Shown here: in pieces, positions 6,739 through 7,803 of the stretch
How positions within the stretch are numbered: position 1 is the first letter of the stretch
Layout: every line of letters begins with the position of its first letter
Origin: a virus
Lineage: Duplodnaviria > Heunggongvirae > Uroviricota > Caudoviricetes
Direction: 5' to 3' (one strand)
Virus record (IMG/VR): IMGVR_UViG_2667527898_000008
Location: 1-7,803 of that record
Length of the DNA: 7,803 bases
Made by a program: the position numbers and the translations under genes
The notes under the pieces: generated by a model
What the model was told of the DNA's origin: nothing
Seen by the model: the letters and a program-made list of their open reading frames with translations, nothing else
Database searches by the model: none

Positions 6739-6751
6739 ATGGGGAAAATCT

Positions 6752-7803
6752 ATGACAGTCAGAATATCGGGCGTGCTGAAGGACGGCACCGGGAAGCCGG
6801 TGCCGGGATGCACCATTGAACTGAAAGCCCTGCGCACCACGGAGACAGTGATTGTCACCACGGTGGCGCAGGGGCAGCCGGGGGAAACCGGCAGTTACAG
6901 TTTTGATGTGGAGCCGGGGTGGTACCGGGTGACGCTGAACACGGAAGGGTACGCCCCGTCGTATGTGGGTGACATTCTGGTGAAGGCGGATTCTGAGCCG
7001 GGAACGCTGAATAAATTTCTGATGGAACAGGATGAGGCGCAGTATTACCCGAAAGCGCTTGCAGAGCTGGAAGCGGTGGCAGCGGAAATCCTGAAGCGTG
7101 CTGAAGCGTCGGCGGCGAGTGCAGAGGAAGCGAAGAAACGGGCAGAGAATGCCCGGGGACCGGCGGGCGAGAAGGGGGACACAGGTCCACAGGGTGCCAC
7201 AGGGGCACAGGGACCAGCCGGGGCAACGGGGGCGGTCGGACCAAAAGGTGAGCCGGGGCCAAAGGGAGAACGGGGAGAAACAGGTCCACAGGGACCGAAG
7301 GGCGATAAAGGTGACCCGGGCGGACCGCCGGGGCCGAAAGGTGACACCGGCCCACGTGGAGAGGCCGGACCACCCGGACCACAGGGTCCGGCAGGGCAAA
7401 CCGGCCCGAAAGGGGATAAAGGTGAACCCGGCGCAACAGGTCCGGCAGGTCCCGCAGGCCCTCGGGGAGAAACCGGCCCCGCAGGTCCTGCGGGTCCCGC
7501 AGGCAGTGTCGCCAGTGTTCCGGATGCCAGCACATCACAGAAAGGTGTTGTACAGCTGAGCAGCGATACCAACAGCGATGATGAAACAAAAGCGGCAACC
7601 CCAAAGGCTGTGAAAGCGGTAATGGCAGAAGTGCAGGCAGCAAAAACGAAGGCAGAAGAGGCAGCAACCCGGGCAGCAGTCCCCGGACCGAAGGGGGACA
7701 GGGGGGAACCTGGCGCACCTGGTGTAGTGGGGCCCGCAGGCCCTCAGGGACCGGCTGGTGCAGCCGGAGCCAAAGGTGCCCCGGGGCCAAAAGGGGACAA
7801 AGG
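6752..7803 (+). CDS. stf: Side tail fibre protein with collagen-like Gly-X-Y repeats (5' part; 3' end lies outside the window)
   Basis: The frame is open from ATG 6752 to the window end (350 codons, checked by hand). It is absent from the ORF track only because it has no stop inside the window. The N-terminus ([26 protein letters not shown]...) resembles the lambda Stf N-terminus as I recall it. SD-like GGGGAAAA is upstream. Long Gly-X-Y tracts follow an Ala/Glu-rich helical segment. Confidence 0.85.
   Translation, partial: MTVRISGVLKDGTGKPVPGCTIELKALRTTETVIVTTVAQGQPGETGSYSFDVEPGWYRVTLNTEGYAPSYVGDILVKADSEPGTLNKFLMEQDEAQYYPKALAELEAVAAEILKRAEASAASAEEAKKRAENARGPAGEKGDTGPQGATGAQGPAGATGAVGPKGEPGPKGERGETGPQGPKGDKGDPGGPPGPKGDTGPRGEAGPPGPQGPAGQTGPKGDKGEPGATGPAGPAGPRGETGPAGPAGPAGSVASVPDASTSQKGVVQLSSDTNSDDETKAATPKAVKAVMAEVQAAKTKAEEAATRAAVPGPKGDRGEPGAPGVVGPAGPQGPAGAAGAKGAPGPKGDK
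7157..7504 (+). repeat. Collagen-like Gly-X-Y coding repeat, tract 1 (about 38 triplets, residues 136-251 of Stf)
   Basis: Translation shows uninterrupted G-X-Y periodicity ([22 protein letters not shown]...) with a single one-residue register interruption at G190/G191 (nt 7319-7324). The GC-rich, Pro-coding DNA produces the spurious antisense ORFs 6855-7790 and 7045-7572. Confidence 0.85.
7685..7803 (+). repeat. Collagen-like Gly-X-Y coding repeat, tract 2 (continues beyond the window)
   Basis: [39 protein letters not shown]. It is separated from tract 1 by a 60-residue non-collagen linker ([60 protein letters not shown]). The 13-bp direct repeat CCCGCAGGCCCTC occurs at 7451-7463 and 7733-7745. 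Confidence 0.8.

Noticed and set aside
6383-6751. lom gene or lom pseudogene after J
   Set aside because: There is no frame of adequate length with a signal-peptide-like N-terminus or beta-barrel character on either strand. Absence is by eye only; a translated search would be needed to exclude a degraded remnant.
6855-7790. 311-aa and 175-aa minus-strand ORFs (6855-7790, 7045-7572) and a 153-aa plus-strand ORF (7098-7559)
   Set aside because: These are alternative-frame and antisense readings of the GC-rich collagen-repeat DNA of stf (Pro/Gly/Arg-rich low-complexity products). The real gene is the frame from 6752, which is missing from the track only because it has no stop in the window.
1-7803. 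tRNA, CRISPR array, integrase or transposase, attachment site
   Set aside because: There is no cloverleaf-like conserved tRNA sequence, no regularly spaced direct repeats, and no recombinase-like ORF. The window is internal to the late tail operon.

Overview
This window is the tail-tip and tail-fibre segment of a lambda-like (lambdoid siphovirus) phage or prophage, most likely enterobacterial, with all genes on the + strand. The order is H (3' end only, 1-159), M (156-485), L (485-1183), K (1189-1932), I (1830-2510), a 341-bp AT-rich non-coding island (2511-2851), J (2852-6382), a 369-bp non-coding island where lambda carries lom (6383-6751), then the 5' part of a side-tail-fibre gene with collagen-like Gly-X-Y repeats (6752 to window end). 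Gene calls rest on recognisable lambda tail-protein sequence, catalytic motifs read from the translation, and gene order. The most interesting signal is in the I-J island: a near-consensus sigma70 promoter and an intrinsic terminator, both on the minus strand, bracket a ~95-nt unit with no start codon or ribosome-binding site, which I read as a candidate prophage small RNA antisense to the late transcript. The J-stf island holds a strong + strand terminator with a GAAA tetraloop and a similar stem, and no lom. The J C-terminus and the Stf collagen tracts are probable host-range determinants. Nothing was computed or searched; all homology statements are from memory and need alignment to confirm. 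No tRNA, rRNA, CRISPR array, transposase or integrase is visible.
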